This document shows, in pieces, positions 23,459 to 35,734 of a DNA stretch of 64,000 nt. How positions within the stretch are numbered: the first letter of the stretch is position 1; each line of letters begins with the position of its first letter. The notes below the pieces were generated by a model that did no database searches, was not told the origin of the DNA, and saw only the letters and a list, made by a program, of their open reading frames with translations. A program made the translations under genes and the position numbers. Source of the DNA: Marsupella aquatica (lineage: Eukaryota > Plantae > Marchantiophyta); NCBI GenBank assembly GCA_973895155.1, contig OZ316891.1, positions 5,613,708-5,677,707 on the forward strand, given 5' to 3'.

Positions 23459-25069
23459 TGTAATCTTATACACATCAATGGAATAAGATGTTTCATGGCT
23501 TGACTGTGGTTGAAAAGTGCACATTGAACTTCAGCAAGAGTGAGCCTATTGCACTTAATATGGAAGCAGTCACCAATCATTAATGAGCAAGCCTCCTTGT
23601 CTCCGAACATGCAAACTACACCAGACAGTGGAGAAACATTTCAATATATGACGACAATCCTGAAGCTCCCCCGGGTCACATGGATAAGCATTTTTCCAAG
23701 TAGTATCCTAAATCACTCGTCACAATATCATTAACAGTAGGTGTCAGGGACTGGCGCCAATAACGGGAAAAAACCTTAGTCTTAGGATTGGAATTTGCAA
23801 GCTCTAAACTTGGGTTTTCCCTTTTTCTCATTGCCTCTACTTTTAAGCTTTTCTGCATTTTGTTCTTTGGCAGTGTTATATATAAGGAAAAAATGTGATA
23901 GCTCATTATTGCTTTGGATGATTCAGGTTAAATAGATCAACAAAAATATGTTAAATAGTTGCTGCCCTTGTCTTGTAAAGAGTCCCTAACTATATCCATC
24001 CAAAATGCCCCTCCTTCCTTTCCCCACTCCTTTCCCCACTCATGGAATATCATAGAGACCAGAGAATTTGCACTGGTGAACACTGTTTCTTCTTGGGAAA
24101 CAAATCCCCCAAGCCTGACCCTGTCACACCATTCTAGGTAGTGTTAGAGTGTATCGTACTATCTAGATTTGTATGTTTGGTATGTGTGCTATATGAGCCG
24201 ATAAGATTCCATCAGGTTTGTGTGAGAGGGTACTTCTCACTTGTGAGGCATTGAAAGGTCATCTTTCAATGTTGAGCCTTGGAGAGAGAGGAGCTTGAGT
24301 GTGGCTATGGTGGTTGTGAGCTCCACTTGTGTAACGTGGATTCCTTGAGTAGTGCAAGGTGCGTTGGCTTGACATCGGATCGGATCGGATTGGATTGGAT
24401 CGGATCGGATTGGTGCGGGATCGATGGGGTATTGTTGACCGGGATCGTTGTGCTAATTGTTGTGAGATTATTGTGGGTTTTGGACATGTGTGGACATGAG
24501 TTCCATTTGTATTCCATTATCTTGTGTTTGTGATGTGGCAGTGTGACTATGTTTGGATATATGTGACAAGCGATGTATGTTGTGTAACGATGTGTATACA
24601 CACGACAACCCTTTCAACTCTTTGGAAATAACATTTTAATACTCATGTCTAGTTCTAGCAAGTGGGGTGAAAATTGTAAAGTGTACTGCCGTAGTTATTT
24701 ATCCATCAGAGTGACTGTATGTACATACAATTCTTTTGGATATTTTGTTTTGGCTTGACCATTAGCCCTGTCACCAGAGGTTCTTAGAGGGAACCCTTCA
24801 CTTCACACCACAATTTGCCCAGTCACAAACAGACAGCACTATATATAGTTTGTTGCAAGCCCTCAGTTACCCAAGAACTAGCACTTGGCGGTTTAGAGTT
24901 TGCCCAGGTTTTGAGTAAGGAAGTGACAGTATGTCCTACTGCCAGATAATGCCCAATTTTACTTGCTCACTGCAAGTATTCAAGCCAGTTGGAGTCTTTT
25001 GAGCATACTTAGAAGATGTTACAAAAAAAAGTAGCAGCCACCAAGGGTTATCTCGGCGGTGGAAGCTTT

Positions 25070-25197
25070 CATTACATCTTTGGATGCTTTTAGTGTAAGT
25101 TGAAGCCTCCAAGTCCATGAGGAAATTCTGCATTACATCTAGCTTTGGATGCTTTTAGTGTAAGTTGAAGCCTCCAAGTCCATGAGGAAATTTTGCA
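25070..25197. repeat. ~60-65-bp tandem duplication
   Basis: cattacatct...ttggatgcttttagtgtaagttgaagcctccaagtccatgaggaaatt occurs twice. Confidence 0.85.
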
Positions 25198-26969
25198 CCA
25201 ACGCCACACCAAGTGGAGTACACCAATTACACAAAGAGAGTTTTCCCACGCTAAGAAACCTGCACTCCCTCTAAATGTGTAGCATGGGAGTAGCTAGTTT
25301 TTTGGGGGTGGGACTCACATGGTGCAATAAATGAGAAATCTAGTTAAACATGCCCTAAACTAGCCCAATGCCTGTTGCACACCATTGTCAATAGTAAGTG
25401 ATGTTGAGTAGAGGTGTAGTGGATGTCAAGGGTAATAGCAGGGGTAATAGAACAATGCAAGGAGTCAGCCTGACAACTGGATTTCAAAAAATATGCAGGT
25501 TACACAGAGAGTGTCTGGGTTGACTGGGAAAAATTTTCACCAATTAATGGCAACTCAAAGTCCATCTCTTGATTTAAAAAGAATGTACCCATAATCCAGT
25601 ACCATCAGAGAATTTGCCACTAATGACATTTTGTTTCTTTTTGTTTCTTTTATTTTGGTTTTGTTTTGTTTTGTTTTGTTTTTAGTATTATGGATGTATG
25701 AGTCTAGAATTAGCTTTAGAAGGCATTCTCTTGAGTTCCCTGTCATGAAAATTGCAGATACAATTAAGGAACCTAAGGGACAGCCCCAAGGTAAGCCTCA
25801 CAGCAGAACATAGAGTCAATTTAGCATTGGGACCCATTCTCCTCTCGACCATAATCAGGCTCATGGTCAATTTAGGACTAATGCTGCTAGATCACTCAGA
25901 TCCAGAGAGACAGCACCATGACTCTTACTGAACAAGATAGGTATTGGACCCACAGCCTTTCTGTGGCCAGGTGGTTGATCATGGTTCACTCATGGACTAA
26001 GGTCATCTAGTCGCTTTTGGGGCTTTTCTGTGTTGCATTCGCTGCGGCTTTGTGTGACCTTCGCGGGGGCCCCGGGGTTGCTGTTGAATGGGTGCTTTGC
26101 CCTCGGGCTTGTCTTTTTCTTTCCCCTCTGGTTTTTGCCGGTGGCTCTTAATGGATTGTGTTCCTCCCGCTTCCCCAACAACAACAACAACAACAAAACC
26201 AATGACATTTTGTACAAAGACCATGAGAGAAAAAAGAGCTAAGGGTTTCAATCAGTTACTGTACATGGCAAGAGGCTTTCTCTGGAGTCAGTCACAATCC
26301 ATATATAGTAGTTCCCTTTTTCTTGTCCATGTGGATGAGTGACAATTGTGGACAAAGACCCTATGTTCACTTGGAGCTATGAGAACTTAATGCCCTAAGT
26401 ATGTGATTTTTCCCTTTGTATTTTTCAGGGCGAGCATAACCTCCTCAACATCCGTATCATTACCTCAAGGAAGATTCTCTTGTTTCTATTGAAGCGAGAA
26501 AACATAAATATCTCTCAGGTTACTAAGGGCCGTCTTGCATGTGCAAGAGTCCTGAAAGAAACGACACTTAGCTAAGGGGCACTTTACAAAACGGGCGCCA
26601 CACTTCACTTCTCTTTTACACTTGATATTTTTCATCTGAACCGTTCATTCAACCTGCCCGGGTTGATGCTGCTTTAGAAACTTAGTGCAACAAGTTGTGA
26701 GTCGGGGGTCCCCGAACCTGCGTGTGCCCATGGTTCGGGTACTTTTCAACAGGCCTGGGGCTCTCAGCCAGGCGGAAGGCTATCGCACCAAAGGAGGTGC
26801 GATAATGTTCTGGCCGTCTTGCCCTTGTGATTTCCCATTATTCTCGGTATTGGTTCGGCTGAAAATTAATGCTTCCCGCGAGCGATTCGAACTTGGGGGC
26901 TGGGAGGGAGCTTTGAGAGAGGCTTCAAATTACAAATTTCAAGTAGTTGCATTCTTCCGCGCCCCTACC

Positions 26970-28651
26970 ATGGAGGACAACGACAATATATGGTCCAGCA
27001 GCTCCTCATCTGGGAGCACTTGTTATTCAATTTCGGATTTTCCAGGAAGAGATCGCAACAGTGTTGGAGTTCATGACAGTGTAGACATGACAGGAGTTGG
27101 TAATTTGTCTTCTTGGCATGAGAAGATGCGATCAACACCTGTAGTGCGAGATTCTCAATTTTCGCAGGATTTTTCCCAAAGACCCCACAATATGTCCAAT
27201 GCAGAGTTTATGGCACTCATGAACGACCCTCCATTGGTTTCACGATTTCCTGCCCCTCAGTTGTTTCCCGTTGCTTCCTCTGGTCCTTTTTTCTCTCAAT
27301 CAACTTCATTTGATCAGCAGTCGTGCCTGGGAAATCCATTCTGGTCCGAAGCAAGCCAGGAAATTCCCTCTATGCAGATGCCCCAAGCATCAGAGAATGC
27401 ACGAGTAGCGCCTACAAGTAGTGAGGGGGCAATTGCTGGGAAGAAACGGGTAGCTGGGAGAAAGAGCTCAAAGAAGGCCAAGAAGGCCAAGAACATCGAT
27501 GCTGATCAAGAAGGGGATGAAGATGTTGACGAATCTTCACCAATTCGCTGGGAGGATGCAGATGTAATACAACTCATAGCTTTCAGGAGTGAGATGGATG
27601 AAGAATTCAAGCTGAATGCCAAGAAACAAGGTGAACCTTGACTCACTTTCGTGCTTCAATCTCTGCTCGAAATTGTACTCAATCTCTGCTCAAAATTGTT
27701 CTCAATCTGTGCTCCAAATCTCTACTTGAAATTGTGCTCGAATTTGTAGTCGAAATTGTGCTCAAAATTGTAGTCGAAATTGTGCTCGAAATTGTAGTCG
27801 AAATTGTGCTCAATCTCTGCTCAAATTTGCAGTCGAAATTGTGCTCAAAATTGTAGTCGACATTGTGCTCAATCTCTGCTCGAATTTGTAGTCAAATTTG
27901 TGCTCGAATTTGTAGTCAACATTGTGCTCAATCTCTGCTCAAAACTGTGCTCAATCTCTGCTCGAAATTGCAGTCGAAATTGTGCTCAAAATTGTAGTTG
28001 ACATTGTGCTCAATCTCTGCTCAAAACTGTACTCAATCTCTGCTTGAAATTGTACTCAAAATTGTGCTCAAAATTTTGCTCAAAATTGTAGTCGAAGATT
28101 GTAGCATCTATCTAAGTTTAGGGTTGACTCTGAAAGTTTCCTCAGATTTCAGATTTCGAGTTTTGCTCCTGACTTCTTATGTGATTTTATGTTGGGCAGG
28201 AATTAACATGTGGGAGAAGCTGCAAATCAAGATGATTGCAACTTGTGATAACTTTACAAAATCTGCTGAAGCTTGTCGAAAGAAATGGATTGCAATTTAC
28301 CGGCAATATTGTACAGACAAACGGCTCCTGCAGATCTCAGGTGAGGGCAAGAAGGTCACTTGTAAATTCTTTGAGCACATTGACCAGGGATTCAACAACC
28401 TCTTGAATGTTCGAAAACTGATCCATTTTGATGCACGAGGTACTCCCAATCCCTGTCCCCCTGACCTCAATGAGCCTTGTGAAGCTCAAGGCTCTGCTAA
28501 AAACATATCAGGGCCTAGGGTCTCAATTCGATTTGATTCGATGTTCGATGTTCGATCAGTTCAATGTTGCTTCTTCTGCTTGATGTCCCGGGCTGCAATG
28601 TCTCGTTGCCTCCAGTTCTTCACTAGCCTCGTGTTCTTCACTTGCCCCTAG
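26970..28651 (+). CDS. Harbinger Myb/SANT-like (trihelix) DNA-binding protein; exons 26970-27630, 28200-~28651 (3' end probably truncated)
   Basis: WEDADVIQLIAFR...KKQG spliced (GT 27631, AG 28199) to INMWEKL...KSAEACRKKW...CKFFEHIDQ, the three-Trp trihelix pattern. Confidence 0.75.
27655..28100. repeat. 11-12-bp minisatellite (aaattgtgctc/aaattgtagtcg/aatctctgctc) in the Myb-gene intron
   Basis: Directly visible tandem array. Confidence 0.9.
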
Positions 28652-29368
28652 ACTGGCTCTCTCGATGTCCATTTCCAATATACTCCCAGTGTGCTCGAAG
28701 TGAAAACCTAATATTTTGCACAAAGTATGCACTTTGTGTGCACTTTCATGAAGGTTTGTTTGATCCCGACGTTTTCCCTTTGTAAACTGTTTGCTGCCTA
28801 CGATGAGTTCCTGCCAGCCCTACAGCTTTCCACGTTTGGGATGGTAAAGGTTCCTGCTCAGTCTGTATTCGCTTTACACCAAGTCTGCAGCAGTATACCC
28901 GTTTTTATGCCTTGGTCAGGTCTGGAACACTAGCCGTACATAAAAATCTGGGCTCTCTTTCAGCTCTGGTAAAAACCTCTAAAACTACGGCGCCCGTTTT
29001 GTAAAGTGCCCCTAAGCACAAATGACGGGAGAAAGTGCATGACATAATCCTAACACAATCAAGAACAGCTTACGAGTGACTTGTCTGCAACTAACTCAAG
29101 GGCCGGAAAATTTCTGACCCTTGCCCTTGCATCTCAACAAAAGACGTCATCAGGACACTCTCGCTTCTTGAACTCATGCCACGGGTTCATTTCAGGGCCA
29201 ATGTGCAAAGGACCTTGCACATGCAAGACAACCCTAAGTGTATTAAGTACTGTTTTTGGAGCATTAAGGGCAATAATTAATAACCCCTCAAAACTTGGAT
29301 TGAAACTCTAGATATTGGGGGCATTTTATCCCATAATGCCCTCCAAACAGTACTAATAATACCGTATA

Positions 29369-30595
29369 CTAAAATTGGTACCTATGTGGAGAAATCACCT
29401 TCTGCGCCAGCTTCAAAGTCCAGAGTCTTTGCACAGCCAAGACCACGAGAGTGTCACCAGCCAGCGCGAAGTTCGCGATCGGGACATCAGGACTCGCGAG
29501 CAATGCCTCTGCGTTGAACACACCGATCACTTTACCACTCGGGTTCCGCACCACGATTCCTTCCGACTCCCCGGTCCAGATCCTGCCTGCGTCATCGACT
29601 TTAATCCCATCAGGAATTCCACTTCTCGCTATCCCGAGCATGCGCTTCTTGACGGCGAAGAGATCCTCGTCTATGTCGTAGGAATAGATTGCTGGGGAAC
29701 CTGTAGCCGGGATTGGGGATCCCGGGTAATATGCTGGGGGCGAATCCGTCACGTATAGCTTCGTCATATCCGCATTGACGGCGATGCCATTTGGGATAAT
29801 GATGTCTGCTCGGCTTATGACGGGGACAATGCTGTGCTCTTGCGGATCGTACCTCCACACGGCGTTGGGCAGGACTGGCAGCTCACCTCCAGAGTATTCA
29901 TACGAGAGCGGATCGTCAGTGAAGAACATGTAGCTTTTGTTGCCTCGCTTGACCCATGCCACGTCGTTGGGCCCGTTGAATCGGATTCCAAAGTAGGAAT
30001 TGACGACTACGGTTGTTGCATAGGTATTGGGATCGATGGCGTAGATACAAGGAGCGACCGTGGCGGTTCCTTGACCCGTGATGTACACCGTTCCGTTGAA
30101 GTAGTATCCACCATTGGGAGTGACTATCGGTATGCTGGTGTTTGGGGTGAAGATTTCTGAAGTACCGAGATCGAGGATCGAGACGTTGCCAGAATTATTC
30201 ACTGTGGAGCTCGAGAACCAGACCTGATTCTTCTCTGGCACCCATATGCCTGCCTCGTCTGCAAACGGATCGGCTCTCTGCGCGATGAGCTTCAGCGAGG
30301 GGCTCTTGCCGATTATCTGCAGGAATTCTGGATCGTAGGAGATGAACGGAGCGCTCTTCGCCGCTGAGAGCAATCCTGCTGTGCTGCTATCGTTGGTCAC
30401 TGTGTCGATGTAATTCTCGCTGATGTTCCCAATGAATCCTGGCGGGAAGCTGTATGTCAGTGCGGAGGGAATGGAGGCGATAGCACTTGTCGTCTGTGCG
30501 GCCGTGGGAGCAGTATCAGCACCAATGGACACGCGTAGGGAGATCAAGGTGGCGAGTGCTGTGAATTTGCGAAGCTGCACTGTATAGAACCCCAT
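29369..30595 (-). CDS. Secreted SMP-30/gluconolactonase (Ca-dependent phosphotriesterase beta-propeller) family protein
   Basis: Intronless 408 aa with an N-terminal hydrophobic signal. Motifs DEAGIW, TPNGG, NSYFGIRFNGPND, IPNGIA, LYVTD, GIPDGIKVD. Confidence 0.88.
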   Translation of the reverse strand: MGFYTVQLRKFTALATLISLRVSIGADTAPTAAQTTSAIASIPSALTYSFPPGFIGNISENYIDTVTNDSSTAGLLSAAKSAPFISYDPEFLQIIGKSPSLKLIAQRADPFADEAGIWVPEKNQVWFSSSTVNNSGNVSILDLGTSEIFTPNTSIPIVTPNGGYYFNGTVYITGQGTATVAPCIYAIDPNTYATTVVVNSYFGIRFNGPNDVAWVKRGNKSYMFFTDDPLSYEYSGGELPVLPNAVWRYDPQEHSIVPVISRADIIIPNGIAVNADMTKLYVTDSPPAYYPGSPIPATGSPAIYSYDIDEDLFAVKKRMLGIARSGIPDGIKVDDAGRIWTGESEGIVVRNPSGKVIGVFNAEALLASPDVPIANFALAGDTLVVLAVQRLWTLKLAQKVISPHRYQF

Positions 30596-31254
30596 TGGGA
30601 TGAAGACGCCGAATTGCTATTGATTTCTGGAAAGACAACGAGTATTGCCGGTGGCCCGGTGAAGCATCGCACAGCTGATCTGTCTGGTAGCTCTGCGATT
30701 CGACGTAGACCACAGGTGGTGCCTTCATCTTAATTGGACAGTCACCGGTGGGGAGCTGGATAAGGATCCAACACTCTGCGTTCGCATAATCCCAATCGGC
30801 ACAATCCAAACTGCGTCAACCCAGTGAACACTCGTTTGCAATCTTGACTAACACTGAAATTCCACTTGATAACTAACACTGAAATTCCTCTTGATAACTC
30901 CCAATCAAATCAGAAGAGAATTGTTTGGCCCGTTGTTTGCAGACGGTACATCTGTTTGTGAGCTGTACCAAAACACGTCTTCTTTCCACCTTAAGCTCGT
31001 CAAGCCAAAACAAGACCGATATAGGCAATTTGGCAGATGGATTGCAAAGACAGGGGAGCGGCTTATGAGCGAAATGAGCTCGAGACTGCCAGAATAAGAT
31101 ATCCCGGTCAAACGCGGTCGAAGGAGGCGTACGAGAAGATGTTACATCGTTGATTGCAGTGCTTATTCGTAAAGATTGAACGTCACTACTAAGTACTACG
31201 TCCCGCAGGATGTCACTGATTGGAAGTCGGGCGGATGCTATAATGAGTTTTTTT

Positions 31255-31672
31255 GTTTTCCTCTGGCAACATCTGGAGCTGGTATGGTAAGCTGACCTCT
31301 CATACTGACGTCATACACCTTCTTGCGTGTCTGCCGGCAGTTGAGAAGCCTCGGCGAAGCAGTGAGGGTGGGTGAGGAAATTGTTGTGCATCCTCCGAGA
31401 CATGGGCTTTAACATTGTTTTCCTCTCTAGCGACATCAGTCCGGAGCAGGTATGGTATGCTGACCTCGATCTCACAATCATTTGGTACTGTAATAGTTTA
31501 TATCTATCCGGTTGACTCGTGCACAAAGGAGGCTGACGTTCCGAGACTCGCCAAAATTGGTCACTAATGACGTCATGATACCTTGTTGCGTGTCTCCAGG
31601 AAATTGAGAAGCCTCAGCGAAGCTGGGGGTGGGTGAGGAAATTGTTGTGCATCCTCCGGGACATGGGCTTTG
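31255..31672. repeat. Dispersed direct repeats (~105 bp and ~40 bp)
   Basis: tgacgtcat...gggtgaggaaattgttgtgcatcctcc..gacatgggcttt at ~31306 and ~31568; ggtatggta(a/t)gctgacctc twice. Confidence 0.75.
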
Positions 31673-33221
31673 ACGACCTGATCTGCTGTAGAGGACTGCG
31701 AGGAATGCTCCTCATCAGAAAAACCACGATCTTCTTTTCGATGCTTACACAGCTAAAAGGTATTATATTCTTCATGATCTTGGTTGACTCACATCCGCCC
31801 GCCTAGCCCAACCTGTTTGCTCTAAGGAAATTGGAAACGCAGTTCCGATATCACACGGTGAGCTGGTCAATCCGAATATTGACACTGTTGCTACTTTTGC
31901 CTTGCTTCGATCAAATAATCTAATGAAAAGCTTCTAGCGCATCTCGGCCACTCTAGAGTTTCGTGAATCGAGCACTGCGCTTATGACTACGGGAAAGACC
32001 CCCACAGGAGAAGGACAATCTATTGATGTCCAACCCCTACTTTCTTGCTGCGAATTGCATCGATCAGCTGAGTCTTCAAGCTCCGAGTGTAAATCGTACT
32101 AACGGGACGATTTAGTTAGTACGATTTATGTTGAATAGTGTACTACATCTGATTCTCTCTGCCATTCCAATCCACATCAGTTCTGTCTCTTACTTCAGTC
32201 AGGAGGGTGAAAACCATGTAATACTCTAATATTGGAATTGTGTATCCTCCACTGTAGAGGCAATGTACTTCAGAACCCTTCCCTTCCGGCCATAGGAAGG
32301 TATAACTCAAAAGATAGCTGACTTTGATTCCAATGAACTCATTCTGGTGAACGATGGGATGTTGCGAATTTTTCTGGGTGGGAGTTGGATAGAACAGGCC
32401 ATCGTTTATTAATTGATGTGCCGTGTTTCTTAATTGATGTGCTGTAACAAATGGACCTGAACGTATAGCACACTATTTTGTGCAAGCCGTGCATAGCAAT
32501 TTCCCAGTTCAAATTCGAAAGGCTAGCGTTCGGCAAACAACACGTTGAGACATGTGTACGTAGATCATTTCAACCTAATCACAGTGAAAGGTGAAACCAT
32601 TAGACCGTCAAATGTCTAGCAATTTGATACATGAAACTCAATTTAAGGACAGATTTACTCCCGTGAAGCGAAGGCTAGCCTGCAGCTCCATCTACGCCAT
32701 GGCCCTTTGTCCGTTGTGTTACCTTCAGACCAAATAAGAGGACTATAACAACTCTGGAAACACTAGTGACAAGCTTTAGTACGAAGGGAGTGGCTACACT
32801 TACGCGTTCAACTTTGGGGTTGATACGCTTGTATACAATCACCATGAAGTAGTGACGATCTAGCATCTGGATAATGGCTTTATCCTACCTGGCAAATGAA
32901 TGTTTCCTTCGAGTTTGGTCTTATCACGCAATAATAAATGTGTTACGAAAATGATATAGGTAAATTCTGTTCCGTGGTGGTCTGTACATGATTTTCGCTT
33001 TCGTCCAATCCAGAGAGCACAAGAATTGCAAAAGTGTCTTCTCCAACCCTGTCCACAGAAGACAACAGATATGACACGGACAAAATTAGAATGCCACAGA
33101 TTAGTGAAAAATTTAATCCATAACGTCTTCATTGATCAATGGAACCTGTTCACGATATGCATAATTATTATCTATTTATTTATAACTTGGGGCTTCGAAG
33201 GGGTCACTAGGATATACCGAC

Positions 33222-33545
33222 TTAACACAAATGTTCCGGTAAAGTACCCCATTAATGGCGGCTCTGCAGAGTCATTGTTCATTCTCTGTTTCTCCAAGCA
33301 CGGGAAACAATAATGCAAATGCAGATAAGGAACGCAGGCGGTATCTTTCGTGGATTTTAAACAAATCTGACACAAGGTTTTCTCTATCTGTTCCTGAAGA
33401 TTTCTGTGGATCTTTGCAAGAGAAGATTGAAGACGATTCTTCTCTTCGCGAATGTGAACTTGTTTCGTTGTTATGCTTCTCATTCAGCCTCCTCTGCTGC
33501 AGATCGAGTAGGCAGATCGAGTAGGCCCGTGCTTGTTCCAACTCC
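33222..33545 (-). pseudogene. Degenerate RING-HC gene fragment (paralog of 34166-35734)
   Basis: IEKTLCQICLKSTKDTACVPYLHLHYCFPC shows a Cys-to-Tyr change and loss of CPTC. The DNA aligns to the 3' end of the 34166 gene. Confidence 0.75.
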
Positions 33546-34165
33546 CTTTTCCGTTCCCCCTCAGATTCTCAGTTTGTTGACTGCCTCCCCAATGACACTG
33601 AAATCATGTTCCATCCCTAATTGTGACATGGAGAGTACCAAAGAAGACAATCCACTTACCAGGATCCTTATTGGCTCTAGGATATTCCCCATTTCTGCAA
33701 GCCTCATGTCGAAACCCACATCTGCTCCTGCTTACTACGGAACAGGCATGACAAGAAATGGCACAAATTGATAAGACGGAAGATCGGCAAAGGTACTTCA
33801 TTTAAGTTCTTCAAGGAAGGGCCTGCATCTTGTGCCCGACCTTCTGTGGTCTTTGCTGTTTCATAACATTCATGTAGACCCGAACACGCATGTCAAGATT
33901 GTCGAAAGGTTGAACATAGAAACTTAAAGTTGGATTCAACGCAAACTGCCTGGCTGTTGGAGTCACAACACTTCTATGGGCTCTGCTGGAGGAAACCGTT
34001 AGTTGCCATCTCCACAACCTTTAGATTGGTACGTGATAGATAAGGTTTGTATCGATGGTGACTTAGACTTTGAATATTTGTATGACCCATGCTTTCGAGT
34101 AGCATTGGTATTCCGAAAGTTTCTGATCGCATTGTTTCACCTTCCTGGATTTGACTCGACTTTCA

Positions 34166-35734
34166 CTAAACGCAAACGACGCATTTAAGTACCCCACTGA
34201 TGGCGGTTCGGCAAGTAGGGCAGGTGTTGTTCTGGGCTCTATGTGACTCCAGACACGAGAAGCAAAAATTCAAATGCAGACACGGAAAAGCAATGCTATT
34301 CTTTGGAGACTCCAAACATATCTGGCACAAACTTTTCTCTATCTCTTCCTCGAGATTATTCTGCACAGCCTGTCGAGCAGCATCTAGTTCACTGCACCTT
34401 TCTCCCATGCAGATCAGCTCAGCTTCCAGATTTGTTTTTTGACTTCCAGCAAGGAGCAGTTTGACTTCGAGCTCCCGAAACTCTCTGTGTGCCTGCTCTA
34501 GCGTTGCTTTATGAGCCAGGTCCATCTGCATTTTCTCTTCCGTCACTTGCTCCGCAGCGACAATGAGATCATACTCCAGTCTCCTTTTCTTGCATTGAGC
34601 GGCTGTAAGCAATTTCGTGATCCTGAGCTTCTTATTAAATTCCTCCACCACCTTCGCCTTTTGCACATCCAGTGTGAGCGCCATTTCATCCCTCTCCCAT
34701 TTGAACGCATCTCGCTGGCCTTTAACTGTCTCCAAATGCTCCTCTGCTTTTCTTCTCTCCTTCATTGCATTCTCAAGCTCAATGTCAAACCTGTTGTTCT
34801 CTTGTTGCAATGATTTTCGTGCAATGTCGAGCTCTCGTTGCAACTTTGTTTGCTCGAACCTCCGTGATGTTAACTTAGCTTTTGTCACGCGCTTAAACTC
34901 GTTGCTCTCCGCTTCTAATGTTTGTTGCTGATGCTGCAAAGTAACAACAATCGCATCAAAGGCTTGCACTGTTCTCTGCGTCTTCGCTCGGGACGTTTTA
35001 CGCGTTGAATTTACTTTCCGTCTCTCCCTCTTTCTCGCCTTCGCCGCTTCGAGAACTGCAGCATCTCGCTCAACTTCCAGTGCCGCCGCCTTCGTTATCC
35101 ACTCCTCAAGTGCGAATCGTGTTTCCTTCCAACGCGTCGTTTCATTTTCAAGCGCAGCTTTCAATTCGTTTCTCTCGTCTCGCATCGAAATCTGTGTACC
35201 ATGCCACTTCTTCCCTACCCTTCGAATCTCAGATTGGGCATCGGCTAACGCAGCGAAGATGTCTTCCAAGTCCACGCCCAGGCCCATTCCGTCATCGGCT
35301 TTTGCGTGCTGTAGAGCGCTGTCGGTTTCCACCTCATGCATTTTCCCCCCTTCCTCAAAATCCATCGCGGGTTCCTGTTTTCCTTCATTCTTCTCGGGCG
35401 GCGCAGCTGTAGGCCTTGGAAATCCAAGAGGAAAAGTATTGAGAGCGGACGAGCTTGGGGGAACAGGGATTGGACTTAACTTAAGAGAAGACAAATCCCG
35501 GGGCTTCTCATCAAGCTGACCACTCTCGGATGACACAGTTGATTGACACCCCGAGATTCCGTCAATTCTGCCCGAGATTCCGTCAATTCTGCATTGCGGA
35601 GCCTCACCTCGCATCGAAGGAATTTGCGCAAGTCGCAGTTTCTCTATCAGTGCATCATAGGGGTGGGCTGCACGAGATGAAGATTCATACGATTCTTTTC
35701 CCAGGGTTTTCGAGTCGAGACTACAGGTAGGCAT
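34166..35734 (-). CDS. Long coiled-coil + RING-HC protein, putative E3 ligase
   Basis: 522-aa intronless ORF ending CQICLESPKNSIAFPCLHLNFCFSC...CPTCRT. Confidence 0.87.
   Translation of the reverse strand: MPTCSLDSKTLGKESYESSSRAAHPYDALIEKLRLAQIPSMRGEAPQCRIDGISGRIDGISGCQSTVSSESGQLDEKPRDLSSLKLSPIPVPPSSSALNTFPLGFPRPTAAPPEKNEGKQEPAMDFEEGGKMHEVETDSALQHAKADDGMGLGVDLEDIFAALADAQSEIRRVGKKWHGTQISMRDERNELKAALENETTRWKETRFALEEWITKAAALEVERDAAVLEAAKARKRERRKVNSTRKTSRAKTQRTVQAFDAIVVTLQHQQQTLEAESNEFKRVTKAKLTSRRFEQTKLQRELDIARKSLQQENNRFDIELENAMKERRKAEEHLETVKGQRDAFKWERDEMALTLDVQKAKVVEEFNKKLRITKLLTAAQCKKRRLEYDLIVAAEQVTEEKMQMDLAHKATLEQAHREFRELEVKLLLAGSQKTNLEAELICMGERCSELDAARQAVQNNLEEEIEKSLCQICLESPKNSIAFPCLHLNFCFSCLESHRAQNNTCPTCRTAISGVLKCVVCV

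Larger units (their letters stand above)
26576..29012. mobile_element. Non-autonomous PIF/Harbinger transposon
   Basis: Perfect 24-bp TIRs GGGGCACTTTACAAAACGGGCGCC; TAA TSD (26573-26575, 29013-29015); Myb/SANT-like gene inside; no DDE transposase ORF. Confidence 0.92.
26527..29234. mobile_element. Tourist-like MITE (~270 bp) interrupted by a Harbinger element
   Basis: TIRs gggccgtcttgcatgtgcaag / cttgcacatgcaagacaaccc, each flanked by TAA (26524-26526, 29235-29237). Confidence 0.8.

Noticed and set aside
24142-24633. LTR-like segment(s) with TG...CA ends
   Set aside because: No matching TSD for any candidate boundary pair and no internal retroelement ORF.
27638-28100. Short repetitive ORFs / CRISPR-like appearance
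   Set aside because: Intronic 11-12-bp minisatellite with no unique spacers and no cas genes; eukaryotic context.
33600-33780. Peptide resemblance GTGMTRNG to GNGMTRDG at ~60400
   Set aside because: The match is short and does not extend; probably chance.
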